From NCBI GenBank assembly GCA_964606005.1, contig CAZSEU010000001.1, positions 8,983 through 72,982 on the forward strand: a stretch of 64,000 bases of DNA. The letters are read 5' to 3'. The notes under the pieces are model-generated. The model worked only from the letters and a program-made list of their open reading frames with translations. It had not been told where the DNA came from and made no database searches. The stretch comes from an uncultured Staphylococcaceae bacterium. GTDB taxonomy: Bacteria > Bacillota_I > Bacilli_A > RFN20 > CAG-826. Of the stretch, positions 30,203 to 40,230 are shown one piece after another. Every line of letters begins with the position of its first letter. Position 1 is the first letter of the stretch. The translations under genes were made by a program, and so were the position numbers.

Positions 30203-31249
30203 ATGGCTTTATCGCGTAGCAATACCATCTTAAAATACATCGTGGAATATTTCATTAAGAAAGCGCAACCAGTGGGTAGCCAAACACTCATTGATGAATA
30301 TAAACTTCCTTATTCTTCAGCGACCATTAGAAATGAAATGCTAGCTCTAGAAAAAATGGGCTACATTGAAAAAACACACTTGTCCAGTGGTCGAGTGCCA
30401 AGTTCCAAAGGTTATCGTTATTACTGCGAAAACTTGCGTGATGGCACCGTTAAAGAAGAATTAAAAAATAGTATTCAAACGATTCTTGATCAAAAGATTA
30501 AATCGATTGAAGAAGTCATCAAAGCGAGCTGCGAGATTTTATCTCACATGACTAACTTAGTAACCGTCGTTATGGGACCTGATGAACAAGAGGAAAAATT
30601 GGCCTCAATTCAAATGGTGCAAATTTCCCAAAACTCGATTACTGCGGTTTTTGTCACTGATAAAGGTTATGTTGAAAATAAAACTTTTATCGTTCCAGAA
30701 AAAATTTCAGCTAAAGAAATTATTTCTTGTGTATCGCTACTCAACGACCGTTTAATTGGCACACCGATTTTCGAACTCGTTGAAAAAACCGAAGCTTTAA
30801 AACCAATTCTTAATGACTATATCGTCGATCATGACTTAGTATATCAAGCATTGCTTGAAACTTTCATGCGCTTTGCTTCTGATCGCCTTAGTTTATATGG
30901 TCGTGATGAATTATTCACACACGAAGAATATAAAAACGACGTTGAAAAATTAGAACAAATGTTCAAATTACTAAACAATCAAGCATTATTAAAAGAAGTG
31001 AAAAAAGAAATCAAAGAAGATGAAAGTGGCAAATTGATTCGCATTGGTGACTTTGGAGAAAACCCAGACGTTTCAATGGTCACTGCGAAAATAAAACTCG
31101 GTGAAGATGAAGAAAGTGCAATTGCGTTACTTGGTCCAACACGGATTGATTACGATCAAGCTTTATCTGCACTTGAATATATCGCCCAAACACTAACCGA
31201 ATATTTTAACAACATAAACAAAGGAGGAGGAGGGCAAGGAGATGCCTAA
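30203..31249 (+). CDS. hrcA: Heat-inducible transcription repressor HrcA
   Basis: N-terminal winged-helix 'SQTLIDEYKLPYSSATIRNEMLALEKMGYIEKTHLSSGRVPSSKGYRYY'; start chosen at ATG 30203 after AAAGGAG. Confidence 0.9.
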   Translation: MALSRSNTILKYIVEYFIKKAQPVGSQTLIDEYKLPYSSATIRNEMLALEKMGYIEKTHLSSGRVPSSKGYRYYCENLRDGTVKEELKNSIQTILDQKIKSIEEVIKASCEILSHMTNLVTVVMGPDEQEEKLASIQMVQISQNSITAVFVTDKGYVENKTFIVPEKISAKEIISCVSLLNDRLIGTPIFELVEKTEALKPILNDYIVDHDLVYQALLETFMRFASDRLSLYGRDELFTHEEYKNDVEKLEQMFKLLNNQALLKEVKKEIKEDESGKLIRIGDFGENPDVSMVTAKIKLGEDEESAIALLGPTRIDYDQALSALEYIAQTLTEYFNNINKGGGGQGDA

Positions 31250-31886
31250 AGAAAAAATGAAAAAAGATAATCCAGAAATCAAAAAAGAAAATTCCCCCGA
31301 AGCAACGTGCAAGTGCAATGAAAACGAAAGTTGTGATTGCCAAGATGAAAAAGACAAAAATAAGAAAAAAATTAAAGATTTAGACGAAGTCATTGTAAAG
31401 TTAAAAAGCGAAGTTGAACATTGGAAAAATGAATACTACCGCGCTTATGCCGATACAAAAAACTTAAGATCTATTTTAGAAAAGGAGCACGCGGAAGCTC
31501 TTAAATATCGCGCTGTTGGCTTCGTTGAAGGATTATTACCAGTGCTTGATAGCTTCCACATGGCATTAGGCAATGAGCCCGCTAACCCAGAATTAAAAAA
31601 TTACCTCGTCGGATTCCAATACATTTATCGTAACTTGGTCGGCGTAATTGAAAACGAAGGGGTAGTAGAGATCGCTCCAAAAATTGGCGATAAGTTCTGT
31701 GCTAATGAAATGAATGCCGTTGATACGACCGAAGCGGATGGCGAAGAAAATCTTGTCGCAAAAATTTACCGCAATGGTTATAAAATACATAACCGCCTCA
31801 TTCGACCCGCAATGGTGTCGGTGAGTAAAAACAAAGCAACTAATCAAGAAGAAAATAAAAACAATGTCGCTCAAAGCGACGCTTAA
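31242..31886 (+). CDS. grpE: Nucleotide exchange factor GrpE
   Basis: Coiled-coil followed by the 'KNLRSILEKE' region; 'PAMVSV' C-terminus; located between hrcA and dnaK. Confidence 0.9.
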   Translation: MPKEKMKKDNPEIKKENSPEATCKCNENESCDCQDEKDKNKKKIKDLDEVIVKLKSEVEHWKNEYYRAYADTKNLRSILEKEHAEALKYRAVGFVEGLLPVLDSFHMALGNEPANPELKNYLVGFQYIYRNLVGVIENEGVVEIAPKIGDKFCANEMNAVDTTEADGEENLVAKIYRNGYKIHNRLIRPAMVSVSKNKATNQEENKNNVAQSDA

Positions 31887-31904
31887 AAAAGGAGAAAAGA
31901 GAAT

Positions 31905-33743
31905 ATGGCAAAAGAAATTATTCTAGGTATTGACTTAGGTACCACCAATTCGGTCGTCAGTTACTTACAAGCTGATGGCACTGTCAAAGTTATCCCAAAT
32001 CCTGAAGGTACAATGACCACCCCTTCAGTTGTCGCATTTAAAGCAAACGGCGAAGAAATCGTTGGTAATGCTGCAAAAAGACAAGCAGTCACTAATCCAG
32101 ACACCGTTTTATCGGTTAAAAGATTAATTGGCAAACCAGAAAAAATCGAAGTTAAATGTATTAACAAATCATTTACCCCACAAGAAATCTCGGCTAAAAT
32201 CTTGGCTTACATGAAACGTTATGCCGAAGCCCATCTTGGTCAGGAAGTACAAAAAGCAGTTATTACTGTTCCAGCATATTTTAATGACGCGCAGCGTCAA
32301 GCGACTAAAGACGCTGGTCAAATTGCAGGCTTGGATGTCGTAAGAATTATTAACGAACCAACCGCTGCCGCTTTAGCGTATGGTTTAGAAAATGGCAAAA
32401 GCGAAAAGATTTTAGTCTTTGATTTAGGCGGTGGTACATTTGACGTTTCCATCCTCGATATTGGTGATGGCACTTTCGAAGTCGTTTCTACAGCCGGTGA
32501 CAATAAACTCGGTGGTGATGACTGGGATCAAGTCGTCGCCGACTGGGTCAAAGCCCAAATTAAAATTCAATCAAATGTCGATATTACTGACAAAGGCTCT
32601 TTACAAAGAATTAGAGAAGCGGCTGAAAAAGCGAAAATTGAACTTTCTTCGCTATTAGAAACCGTTATCTCATTACCATTCATCTCTATGACCACGACTG
32701 GTCCAGTCAACTTTGAAATTAGCTTAACAAGAGCAAAATTCCAAGAACTGACTCGTCACTTATTAAAAAGATGTGAAGAACCTGTAAAAAGAGCGCTTAG
32801 CGATGCTAATTTAAGTGCCGCAGAACTTCACCAAATATTACTTGTTGGTGGTTCAATCCGTATGCCAGCTGTCCAAGAATTAGTCGCACAATTAACTGGT
32901 AAAAAACCAAATCTCAGTATTAACCCTGATGAAGCAGTATCTATTGGTGCGGCTTATCAAGGTGGTGTCGTTTCTGGTGACGTCAAAGACGTTATCTTGC
33001 TCGACGTTACTCCGTTAACCCTTGGTATTGAAACTCTCGGTGGTGTTTTAACTCCATTAATTCCTCGTAATACAACTATTCCAACAACCAAGAGCCAAAT
33101 TTTCTCTACCGCCGCTGACAACCAACCAGCTGTTGACATCATGGTTTATCAAGGTGAAAGACCAATGGCTCACGATAATAAGTTATTAGGTCACTTCCAA
33201 TTAACCGGCATTAAACCGGCTAGACGTGGCCAACCAAGAATCGAAGTTACTTTCTCCATTGACGTTAATGGTATCGTCAAAGTTAGTGCAAAAGACCTTG
33301 ATTCACAAAAAGAGCAAAATATTACTATCACCGGCACTGGTGGTCTTTCTAAAGAAGAAATCGACCGCATGGTTAGGGAAGCAGAAGACAATGCCGAAGA
33401 AGATAAAAAACGTAAAGAAAATATCGAATTACGCAATAAAGCCGAAGGTTTCATCGCCGATATCGATTTAGCCTTACAAGAAAAAGGCGAAACAATGGAC
33501 CCAGCTCAAAAAGAGCAAACCCAAAAACTTCGCGATGAACTTAAATCAGCACTAGATAATAACGATATGGAAACTATCAAAAAGCGCATTGATGAACTTG
33601 AAAAAGCTGCTGCTTTCATGCAACAACAAGCGCAAGCTGGTGGTAATGGCGGCGCTACTAATGCTGCTGGCGGAGCTGATGGCGAAACTCCTGGCACTAA
33701 ACCAGACGATGTGGTCGATGCTGATTTCACAGGCAATAACTAA
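31905..33743 (+). CDS. dnaK: Chaperone DnaK (Hsp70)
   Basis: '[10 protein letters not shown]', 'DLGGGTFD' and 'VGGSIRMP' Hsp70 signatures. Confidence 0.97.
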   Translation: MAKEIILGIDLGTTNSVVSYLQADGTVKVIPNPEGTMTTPSVVAFKANGEEIVGNAAKRQAVTNPDTVLSVKRLIGKPEKIEVKCINKSFTPQEISAKILAYMKRYAEAHLGQEVQKAVITVPAYFNDAQRQATKDAGQIAGLDVVRIINEPTAAALAYGLENGKSEKILVFDLGGGTFDVSILDIGDGTFEVVSTAGDNKLGGDDWDQVVADWVKAQIKIQSNVDITDKGSLQRIREAAEKAKIELSSLLETVISLPFISMTTTGPVNFEISLTRAKFQELTRHLLKRCEEPVKRALSDANLSAAELHQILLVGGSIRMPAVQELVAQLTGKKPNLSINPDEAVSIGAAYQGGVVSGDVKDVILLDVTPLTLGIETLGGVLTPLIPRNTTIPTTKSQIFSTAADNQPAVDIMVYQGERPMAHDNKLLGHFQLTGIKPARRGQPRIEVTFSIDVNGIVKVSAKDLDSQKEQNITITGTGGLSKEEIDRMVREAEDNAEEDKKRKENIELRNKAEGFIADIDLALQEKGETMDPAQKEQTQKLRDELKSALDNNDMETIKKRIDELEKAAAFMQQQAQAGGNGGATNAAGGADGETPGTKPDDVVDADFTGNN

Positions 33744-33818
33744 TCTTATTAATTAATACAAATACTATGCATTATAGGGGCAAAAGCCCCTATATATGTA
33801 TAGGAAGAAAGGCAACAA

Positions 33819-34949
33819 ATGGCAGAAAAAAGAGATCTTTATGAAACATTAGGCATAGCCAAGGCTGCCTCAAAAGACGAAATAAAAAGCGCTTATCGTA
33901 AACTAGCTAAAAAATACCATCCTGATAATAAAACAACTGGTAATGAAGCTAATTTTAAGGAAGTACAAGAAGCCTATGACATCTTGTATGATGACCAAAA
34001 AAGAAGTGCTTATGACCAATTTGGTTGGGCGGCTTTTGAGCAAGGTGGCGGTCAACCTGGAGCAAATCCATTTGAGGGTGGTTTCGGCTTTGGGGCTGGC
34101 GATGTCGATTTAGGCGATATCTTCTCGTCTTTCTTTGGTGGTGGCCGTCGTTCGGCTCGCACCAACATGGGCCCGCGTCGCGGAAATGATTCCATTGTGA
34201 GAGTTAAAGTTAACTTTATGGACACCATTTTAGGTCGCGATATCGATTTACCTTTAACCATTGATGAAAATTGTTCGCAATGTCACGGCACAGGGGCAAA
34301 AACGGCTGCTGATATCCAAACATGTCCAACTTGTGCTGGTCATGGTTATGTAAAAACGACGCGCCGAAGTTTGTTTGGTGTAGTTGAACAACAAGAAGTT
34401 TGTTCGCGATGCGATGGAAGAGGCAAAATTGTCATTAACGCTTGCCCAAAATGCAATGGTCAAGGCTTTAATCGTGTCAAAAAGACAATTAAAGTCCATA
34501 TAATCCCTGGCATTAATAACGGCCAACAAATCCGTGTTCAAGGCATGGGTGAAAGAGGCGTTAATGGTGGTGAAAGTGGCGACTTATTCGTTGAAATCAA
34601 CGTTAAACCACACGATTACTTTAAAAGGGAAGGCAATGATATTCATCTTAGTCATCCGTTAGATTTCTTTGATGCAATTTTAGGGGTGAAAGTTGATATC
34701 CCAACCGTTTATGGCGAAGTTCCACTAGATATCCCAAGTGGTACACAACCCGGTCAAGTGATGAGAATGCGTGGACATGGGGTTAAGGATTTAAGAACTG
34801 GTCGACCAGGTGATCAATACATTCACTTAGATATCAAACTACCTAACAACTTAAACAAACAACAAAAAGAACTATTAACACAATATCGCGATTCAGTGAA
34901 AAAGGATGATACCTTTATCGCAAAATTCAATAAAGCATTCAAAAAATAA
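33819..34949 (+). CDS. dnaJ: Chaperone DnaJ (Hsp40)
   Basis: J-domain 'YHPD'; Gly/Phe-rich linker; four CxxCxGxG zinc-finger repeats. Confidence 0.95.
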   Translation: MAEKRDLYETLGIAKAASKDEIKSAYRKLAKKYHPDNKTTGNEANFKEVQEAYDILYDDQKRSAYDQFGWAAFEQGGGQPGANPFEGGFGFGAGDVDLGDIFSSFFGGGRRSARTNMGPRRGNDSIVRVKVNFMDTILGRDIDLPLTIDENCSQCHGTGAKTAADIQTCPTCAGHGYVKTTRRSLFGVVEQQEVCSRCDGRGKIVINACPKCNGQGFNRVKKTIKVHIIPGINNGQQIRVQGMGERGVNGGESGDLFVEINVKPHDYFKREGNDIHLSHPLDFFDAILGVKVDIPTVYGEVPLDIPSGTQPGQVMRMRGHGVKDLRTGRPGDQYIHLDIKLPNNLNKQQKELLTQYRDSVKKDDTFIAKFNKAFKK

Positions 34950-34972
34950 ACCTTCGAAAGAAGGTTTTATTC
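34948..34972 (+). terminator. Rho-independent terminator after dnaJ
   Basis: 'aaaccttc-gaaa-gaaggttt' followed by 'tatt'. Confidence 0.6.
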
Positions 34973-35037
34973 TTGTTGCTCACTTTTTTTGGACAAATGT
35001 AATTATTGCCCCCTATTAGAATATTAGGAGGTCATAA

Positions 35038-36255
35038 ATGCATTATATTCCCCAGATTACAAGTGAAAGCTGCGGCTCTGCCTGCTTAAAAATGCTACTT
35101 GCCATTGTGCAAAAGGACGAGCGCTATCTTTATTTAAATGAAGACGAAGATCATGGTCCTTATTCATACCAGGATTTAGTTGACATTGCACAAAGATATG
35201 GTGTGACTTTAATCGGAGTAAAAATCGAAGATAAAGACGATTTAAGCCACCTAACGGAATTTCCCATGATTTTAACCATGGTTAACGCAGATGAAACAAC
35301 ACACGCGGTTTTACTTAGCCAAAGAAAAGGAAAGCGTGTGAAAGTACATGATCCTAATAAAGGCGTAGCTTGGAAGAAAGTATCTGACATTAAACGCTTT
35401 TGGGATGGGACAGCTTTAACTATTACCCACGTTGAACGTCAAACATATGAACGCATTGTTATCAACACCAAAGATGTAAAAGGTGAATTCATTTCTTATC
35501 TACTGCAAACTCTTATCGCCACTTTTATTGCTTTAGGCACTTTCTTAATTAAACCCGATGGCTCGCCCCTATGGCCATTAGTGTTTATGGCATTAAGTTT
35601 AGTGACTGAGATTGCTTTAAGAGGAGCATTATTAAAAAGAATGCAGCGATTTGACAAATACTTAAGACGTTTTTATAGGTATGTGCGTCCCAAACATTAT
35701 TTTGAGTTTTATCGCCGTGGTCAAGATTATAAACGGAGTTCGCTCACAATGACATTGAACTTTATCTTCTATTTGTTGGTCGTTATTTTGATAATCACGA
35801 TTTCACTTTTTAATTCACTTTATTTTTTAATTTTGATTGCTACTTCCTTTCTTACTTCTTATCTTGACGTTTTCTTTTTTGCCCCTTATAAAAATCAAAT
35901 CGCCAAAGATTTAGAAGTTGAAGAAGGAGCATTAAGAAAAGAAAGAGTAGTGGAGGGAGTGGAATTGAAGGTTAAAAATATGGAGGTTAAAGCCTATCGT
36001 TACGCCTATTTAGAAATCGCTAATAAAATCTTCGCTATAACTTTGATGATTTTGGCTAGTGTATCGGTCAGTGTTATTGAAAAAAGCTTTAATCTCACCA
36101 ACATCGTGTTTTACACCTGCATAAGCTTATTACTCTACCAATCTTTAACCCCGCTTTTTGCGTATGATCGCCGCCTGGCGGATAACTTATTAATTAAAGC
36201 AAGGGTCAACAACCTCGTTCATCATCTTGATGAAATTAATAGTAAAAAGCACTAA
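35038..36255 (+). CDS. C39-family (bacteriocin-processing-type) cysteine peptidase domain fused to a polytopic membrane domain, with no ABC ATPase
   Basis: 'QITSESCGSACLKML' (Cys motif Q-x5-CG-x-A-x-L-x-M), 'THAVLLS' (His) and 'KVHDP' (Asp) make a complete C39 catalytic triad; about 6 predicted TM helices follow. Confidence 0.7.
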   Translation: MHYIPQITSESCGSACLKMLLAIVQKDERYLYLNEDEDHGPYSYQDLVDIAQRYGVTLIGVKIEDKDDLSHLTEFPMILTMVNADETTHAVLLSQRKGKRVKVHDPNKGVAWKKVSDIKRFWDGTALTITHVERQTYERIVINTKDVKGEFISYLLQTLIATFIALGTFLIKPDGSPLWPLVFMALSLVTEIALRGALLKRMQRFDKYLRRFYRYVRPKHYFEFYRRGQDYKRSSLTMTLNFIFYLLVVILIITISLFNSLYFLILIATSFLTSYLDVFFFAPYKNQIAKDLEVEEGALRKERVVEGVELKVKNMEVKAYRYAYLEIANKIFAITLMILASVSVSVIEKSFNLTNIVFYTCISLLLYQSLTPLFAYDRRLADNLLIKARVNNLVHHLDEINSKKH

Positions 36256-36274
36256 ATGATTGTATGATTTACGT

Positions 36275-36730
36275 ATGGAACTTGATTTCAATTCATTCAA
36301 CGAATCGTATAATCTTTATCAAGCAGAATACGAAACACTATTAGACAAAACACTCAAGCATATAGCTTTAAACTTTGATCCTTTTGTCAGTGTCACGCTA
36401 GTCGATAATGATTATATTCAAACAATTAACCGCGATTATCGTCATATTGACCAGCCCACTGATGTTATCTCCTTCGCATTTTTGGATGGTAACAAGGATA
36501 GGGAAATTATTTTGCACTCTGGTTCGATGGTGATTCTTGGCGAAATCTATATCAGTATAGATAAAGCGAAGAGTCAAGCTGAGAGCTATGGTCATAGCCT
36601 TGATCGCGAGCTAAAATTCTTATTCGTACATGGATTGCTCCATCTTCTCGGCTATGACCACATGACTGAAACCGATGAAAAAATCATGTTCGCTTTGCAG
36701 GACCAAATCTTGCCAAAAGGTGACTTATGA
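36275..36730 (+). CDS. ybeY: Endoribonuclease YbeY
   Basis: 'HGLLHLLGYDH' zinc-binding motif; first in-frame ATG at 36275 (the ORF track starts at a TTG at 36260). Confidence 0.88.
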   Translation: MELDFNSFNESYNLYQAEYETLLDKTLKHIALNFDPFVSVTLVDNDYIQTINRDYRHIDQPTDVISFAFLDGNKDREIILHSGSMVILGEIYISIDKAKSQAESYGHSLDRELKFLFVHGLLHLLGYDHMTETDEKIMFALQDQILPKGDL

Positions 36731-37128
36731 AAACTGAAAACTTAATTGAAAAAGCAAAAGACGCTCGAAAACTATCTTATAGCCCATATTCCAAATTCGC
36801 TGTCGGAGCCGCTTTACTTTGTAAAGATGGACAAGTCATTGCCGGAACAAACATCGAAAATGCTTCCTATCCACTATGTATGTGTGCTGAACGTAATGCT
36901 CTATATAGCGCAATGTTGCGTGGTTATAAGAAATCCGACTTCGTAGCTATGGCCATTGTTGCTGATACGCCTGAAGCCTGCGCGCCTTGTGGTGCTTGTC
37001 GTCAAGTGATTAGCGAACTTTTTCCTAAAGATGGCGAAATAATTATGGCTAATTTAAAAGGCGCGGTTATTAAAAGTAATATTTCACAATTATTACCTTT
37101 CGCTTTTTCTGAAGAGGACATGAAATAA
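36727..37128 (+). CDS. cdd: Cytidine deaminase
   Basis: 'CAERNA' and 'PCGACRQV' zinc motifs. Confidence 0.9.
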   Translation: MKTENLIEKAKDARKLSYSPYSKFAVGAALLCKDGQVIAGTNIENASYPLCMCAERNALYSAMLRGYKKSDFVAMAIVADTPEACAPCGACRQVISELFPKDGEIIMANLKGAVIKSNISQLLPFAFSEEDMK

Positions 37129-38012
37129 TGAAATCGGGTTTTGTCGCTATCTTAGGCCGACCAAATGTCGGCAAATCCACGCTGCTAAATCGTTTAATTA
37201 ACCGCAACGTCTCAATTGTGACCGATAAATCGCAAACAACACGTAATAAAATTATTGGTATTTATAATAGCGAGGAGGCGCAAATTGTTTTTGTCGATAC
37301 TCCTGGCATCCATAAGCCACAACAAAAGTTGGGCATTGAGATGAATAGTATGGCCTACAGCACCGCGCATACGGTTGATGCCACATTATTGGTGGTAGAT
37401 ACTTCCAAATCATTCGGTCCTGGTGATCAATATATAATCGACCATCTCAACATTCACGACCGCCCATTAATTATTGTTTTTAACAAAATCGATCTTGCTC
37501 GGCTCGATAAAGCCGAATTATTGAAAAAGACATATCGTGATTATTTTCCAAAAGCTATTTTTATAGATACGGTTGCCAAAGAAGGCTTTAATGTTGATGA
37601 AATCATAAAAAATTTAATGGAAGTCTTATCAGAAGGCCCTGCTTATTACCCAAAAGAAATGGTTACCGATAAAGATGAAATTTTCCGCATTAAAGAAATT
37701 ATTCGCGAGAAGGTTTTATTAATTCTCCGCCAAGAAGTGCCACACTCGATTGCCATTTACATGGAGCACATTGAATGGGAGAAAAAACCAATCGAAATTA
37801 TGGCTTCCATCATCGTTGAAAAAGAAAGTCAAAAAGGTATTGTGATCGGCGCTTCAGGAAGAAGAATCAAAGAAATCGGTTCAAAAGCTCGTTCCGATAT
37901 TGAAAAGTTCTTAAAACAACACGTTTTTTTGGAACTACAAGTCAAAGTTAATCCCGATTGGCGTGATGACGAAAAATCACTGCAGCAATATGGGTATAAA
38001 TACGAAAAATAA
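37128..38012 (+). CDS. era: GTPase Era
   Basis: 'GRPNVGKST', 'DTPG' and 'NKID' motifs; C-terminal KH domain. Confidence 0.95.
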   Translation: MKSGFVAILGRPNVGKSTLLNRLINRNVSIVTDKSQTTRNKIIGIYNSEEAQIVFVDTPGIHKPQQKLGIEMNSMAYSTAHTVDATLLVVDTSKSFGPGDQYIIDHLNIHDRPLIIVFNKIDLARLDKAELLKKTYRDYFPKAIFIDTVAKEGFNVDEIIKNLMEVLSEGPAYYPKEMVTDKDEIFRIKEIIREKVLLILRQEVPHSIAIYMEHIEWEKKPIEIMASIIVEKESQKGIVIGASGRRIKEIGSKARSDIEKFLKQHVFLELQVKVNPDWRDDEKSLQQYGYKYEK

Positions 38013-38015
38013 AAA

Positions 38016-38726
38016 ATGAAAGTTATTGTTTTAACCGCAAACCAATATAAAGAAAAAGATGCCATCGTCACTGCAATTGCTCAAAAGCAATTAATTACTT
38101 TTCTTGCGAAAGGGATTAATGATCCTAAAAGCAAAAATAGTGTACTCAATAACCCTTTAACAATTGTTGATATTGAGTTAGTCGAAGGCAACTTAAAATA
38201 TCCAGTCTTAAAAAACTCTAAACAACTTTTTACTCCACTAAAGGTGGAAATGGATGCAAATTACTTAGGTGCACTCCTTGTCATTGGCGAAATGATGTTA
38301 AATCTATTCCCTGACGAAGAAAAATATAAAATGTTTGCTTGTTTAGAAGAAGGAGTAGAGGCATTACGAAAAACGAATGATTGGTTGATGTCCTTATTAG
38401 TTTTTATGAGCCACGCGATTCGGATTGGTGGCTTTGAATTAGAAGTTAATCAATGCGTCATTTGTGGTAATAAACAAAAAATTGTTGCCTTCTCCTTTGT
38501 TGATGGCGGATTTATTTGTGAAAAGTGTTATCACGACGACATTGTAAGAAATTTAAGCAAAGAACAAATGCTCTTATTAAGAAAGATTTTTAACGCTCGC
38601 GATTATTTTATTTCTGGCACTGAATATTCACGTCAGGATGCTCTAGTTATATTTGAAAAAGTGATCGAATACATCGAAGAAGCTTTCGGTTATCACTTTA
38701 AAAACCTCAAGCTATTAACTATTTAG
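38016..38726 (+). CDS. recO: DNA repair protein RecO
   Basis: OB-fold N-terminus plus zinc motif 'CVICGNK...CEKC'; era-recO-glyQS synteny. Confidence 0.85.
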   Translation: MKVIVLTANQYKEKDAIVTAIAQKQLITFLAKGINDPKSKNSVLNNPLTIVDIELVEGNLKYPVLKNSKQLFTPLKVEMDANYLGALLVIGEMMLNLFPDEEKYKMFACLEEGVEALRKTNDWLMSLLVFMSHAIRIGGFELEVNQCVICGNKQKIVAFSFVDGGFICEKCYHDDIVRNLSKEQMLLLRKIFNARDYFISGTEYSRQDALVIFEKVIEYIEEAFGYHFKNLKLLTI

Positions 38727-38756
38727 TTAGTAATTATAATAAACACCGATAATAGG

Positions 38757-38785
38757 TTGACAACAATTCATATTATTTGTATTAT
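38757..38785 (+). promoter_or_regulatory. Sigma-A promoter upstream of glyQS (no T-box present)
   Basis: 'TTGACA'-17 nt-'TATTAT', about 27 nt before the RBS AGAGG. Confidence 0.55.
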
Positions 38786-38811
38786 TTTTTGTATGCATAT
38801 AGAGGTAATGT

Positions 38812-40185
38812 ATGAATAAATTTGAATTTGATAAATTGTGCAACCATTTTATTGTCTCTGGCTTTTATTTCCAAGGTTCTGAAATCTATGGTGGATTAAG
38901 TAACACTTGGGATTATGGCCCATTAGGAAGCGAAATAAAACAAAACATCCGTAAGATGTGGTGGAAGAAATTCGTTCAAGAAAGCCGCACAAATGTTGGT
39001 ATTGACGCTGCGATATTAATGAATCCTAAGGTTTGGGAAGCTACAGGCCATGTTTCTACCTTTAACGATCCTTTAATTGACTGTAAATATTGTAAACAAC
39101 GTTTTAGAGCTGACCATTTAATTGAAGGCGCCTTTCCTAGCGAAGACGTGAATGCGATGAATAATGATCAAATGATGGCTTTTATTCGTTCTCACGAAGT
39201 GGCTTGTCCAAACTGCAATCATCATGACTTCACTGACATTCGTCAGTTCAATATGATGTTCAAAACACACATTGGTGTTACGGAAGATAGTAAATCAACC
39301 GTTTACTTACGTCCAGAAACTGCGCAAGGCGTATTTGTAAACTTCAAAAACGTTATGCGCGCCACACGTAGAAAATTGCCTATTGGAATTTGTAACGTTG
39401 GTCGGGCATTTAGAAACGAAATTACTCCGGGTCAAATGACTTTTAGAATGAGAGAATTCGACCAAATGGAAATGGAATTTTTCTGCAAACCAGGCGAAGA
39501 CTTAAAATGGTTTGATTATTGGAAACAATACTGCTTAGACTTCGTCGATTCTTTGGGCGTTCAAAAGGATAACTTACGTTACCGCGACCATGAACCAACA
39601 GAACTATCATTTTATAGCAAAGCTACCACAGATATTGAATACTTATTCCCATTCGGTTGGGGCGAAATTTGGGGTATTGCTGATCGTACTGATTACGACT
39701 TAAAACGACACATTCAATTTAGTGGACAATCTTTAGATTACTTAGATCCAGAAACTAATGAACGCTATATTCCTTATTGTATCGAACCATCGGTTGGTTT
39801 AGATCGCTTGGTGTTAATGACTTTATGTGATGCTTATGATGAAGAACAAGTTAATGGAGAGGATACCCGTATCGTTATGCACCTTCTTCCGGCACTTGCT
39901 CCATTTAAAGCCGCAGTGTTACCACTTTCTAAAAAATTAGAAGACAAGGCACGCGAAGTTGAAGCTGAACTTTCTAAATTCTTTAATGTCGTTTACGACG
40001 ATACAGGCAGCATTGGCAAACGTTATCGCCGTCAAGATGCGGTTGGCACTCCATATTGCATTACCATCGACTTTGATACATTAAATGATGGCGCGGTAAC
40101 CGTTCGTGATCGTGATACCATGGCACAAGTCCGTTTGCCAATCGCTGACTTGAAAGCATATATTGAAGAAAAGATTTATTTCTAA
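38812..40185 (+). CDS. glyQS: Glycine--tRNA ligase, single-chain (alpha2) type
   Basis: Class II motifs; 'RAFRNEITP' (motif 2 region) and 'GLDRLV' (motif 3); 457 aa. Confidence 0.92.
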   Translation: MNKFEFDKLCNHFIVSGFYFQGSEIYGGLSNTWDYGPLGSEIKQNIRKMWWKKFVQESRTNVGIDAAILMNPKVWEATGHVSTFNDPLIDCKYCKQRFRADHLIEGAFPSEDVNAMNNDQMMAFIRSHEVACPNCNHHDFTDIRQFNMMFKTHIGVTEDSKSTVYLRPETAQGVFVNFKNVMRATRRKLPIGICNVGRAFRNEITPGQMTFRMREFDQMEMEFFCKPGEDLKWFDYWKQYCLDFVDSLGVQKDNLRYRDHEPTELSFYSKATTDIEYLFPFGWGEIWGIADRTDYDLKRHIQFSGQSLDYLDPETNERYIPYCIEPSVGLDRLVLMTLCDAYDEEQVNGEDTRIVMHLLPALAPFKAAVLPLSKKLEDKAREVEAELSKFFNVVYDDTGSIGKRYRRQDAVGTPYCITIDFDTLNDGAVTVRDRDTMAQVRLPIADLKAYIEEKIYF

Positions 40186-40230
40186 TAAGTAGAAAAATAG
40201 TAGAAAAATAGGAAAACTATAATAAATTAT

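Noticed and set aside
31961-33736. Multiple ORFs of 60-90 aa inside dnaK (31961..32167-, 32318..32503-, 32431..32658+, 32957..33142-, 33191..33454-, 33226..33471+, 33506..33736-)
   Set aside because: They lie entirely within the dnaK reading frame or antisense to it, and have no RBS and no conserved motifs. They are overprinting artefacts of a long conserved gene.
38727-38811. Expected T-box leader upstream of glyQS
   Set aside because: The leader is only 85 nt long, with a clean TTGACA-17-TATTAT promoter and no T-box consensus, so no riboswitch was called.
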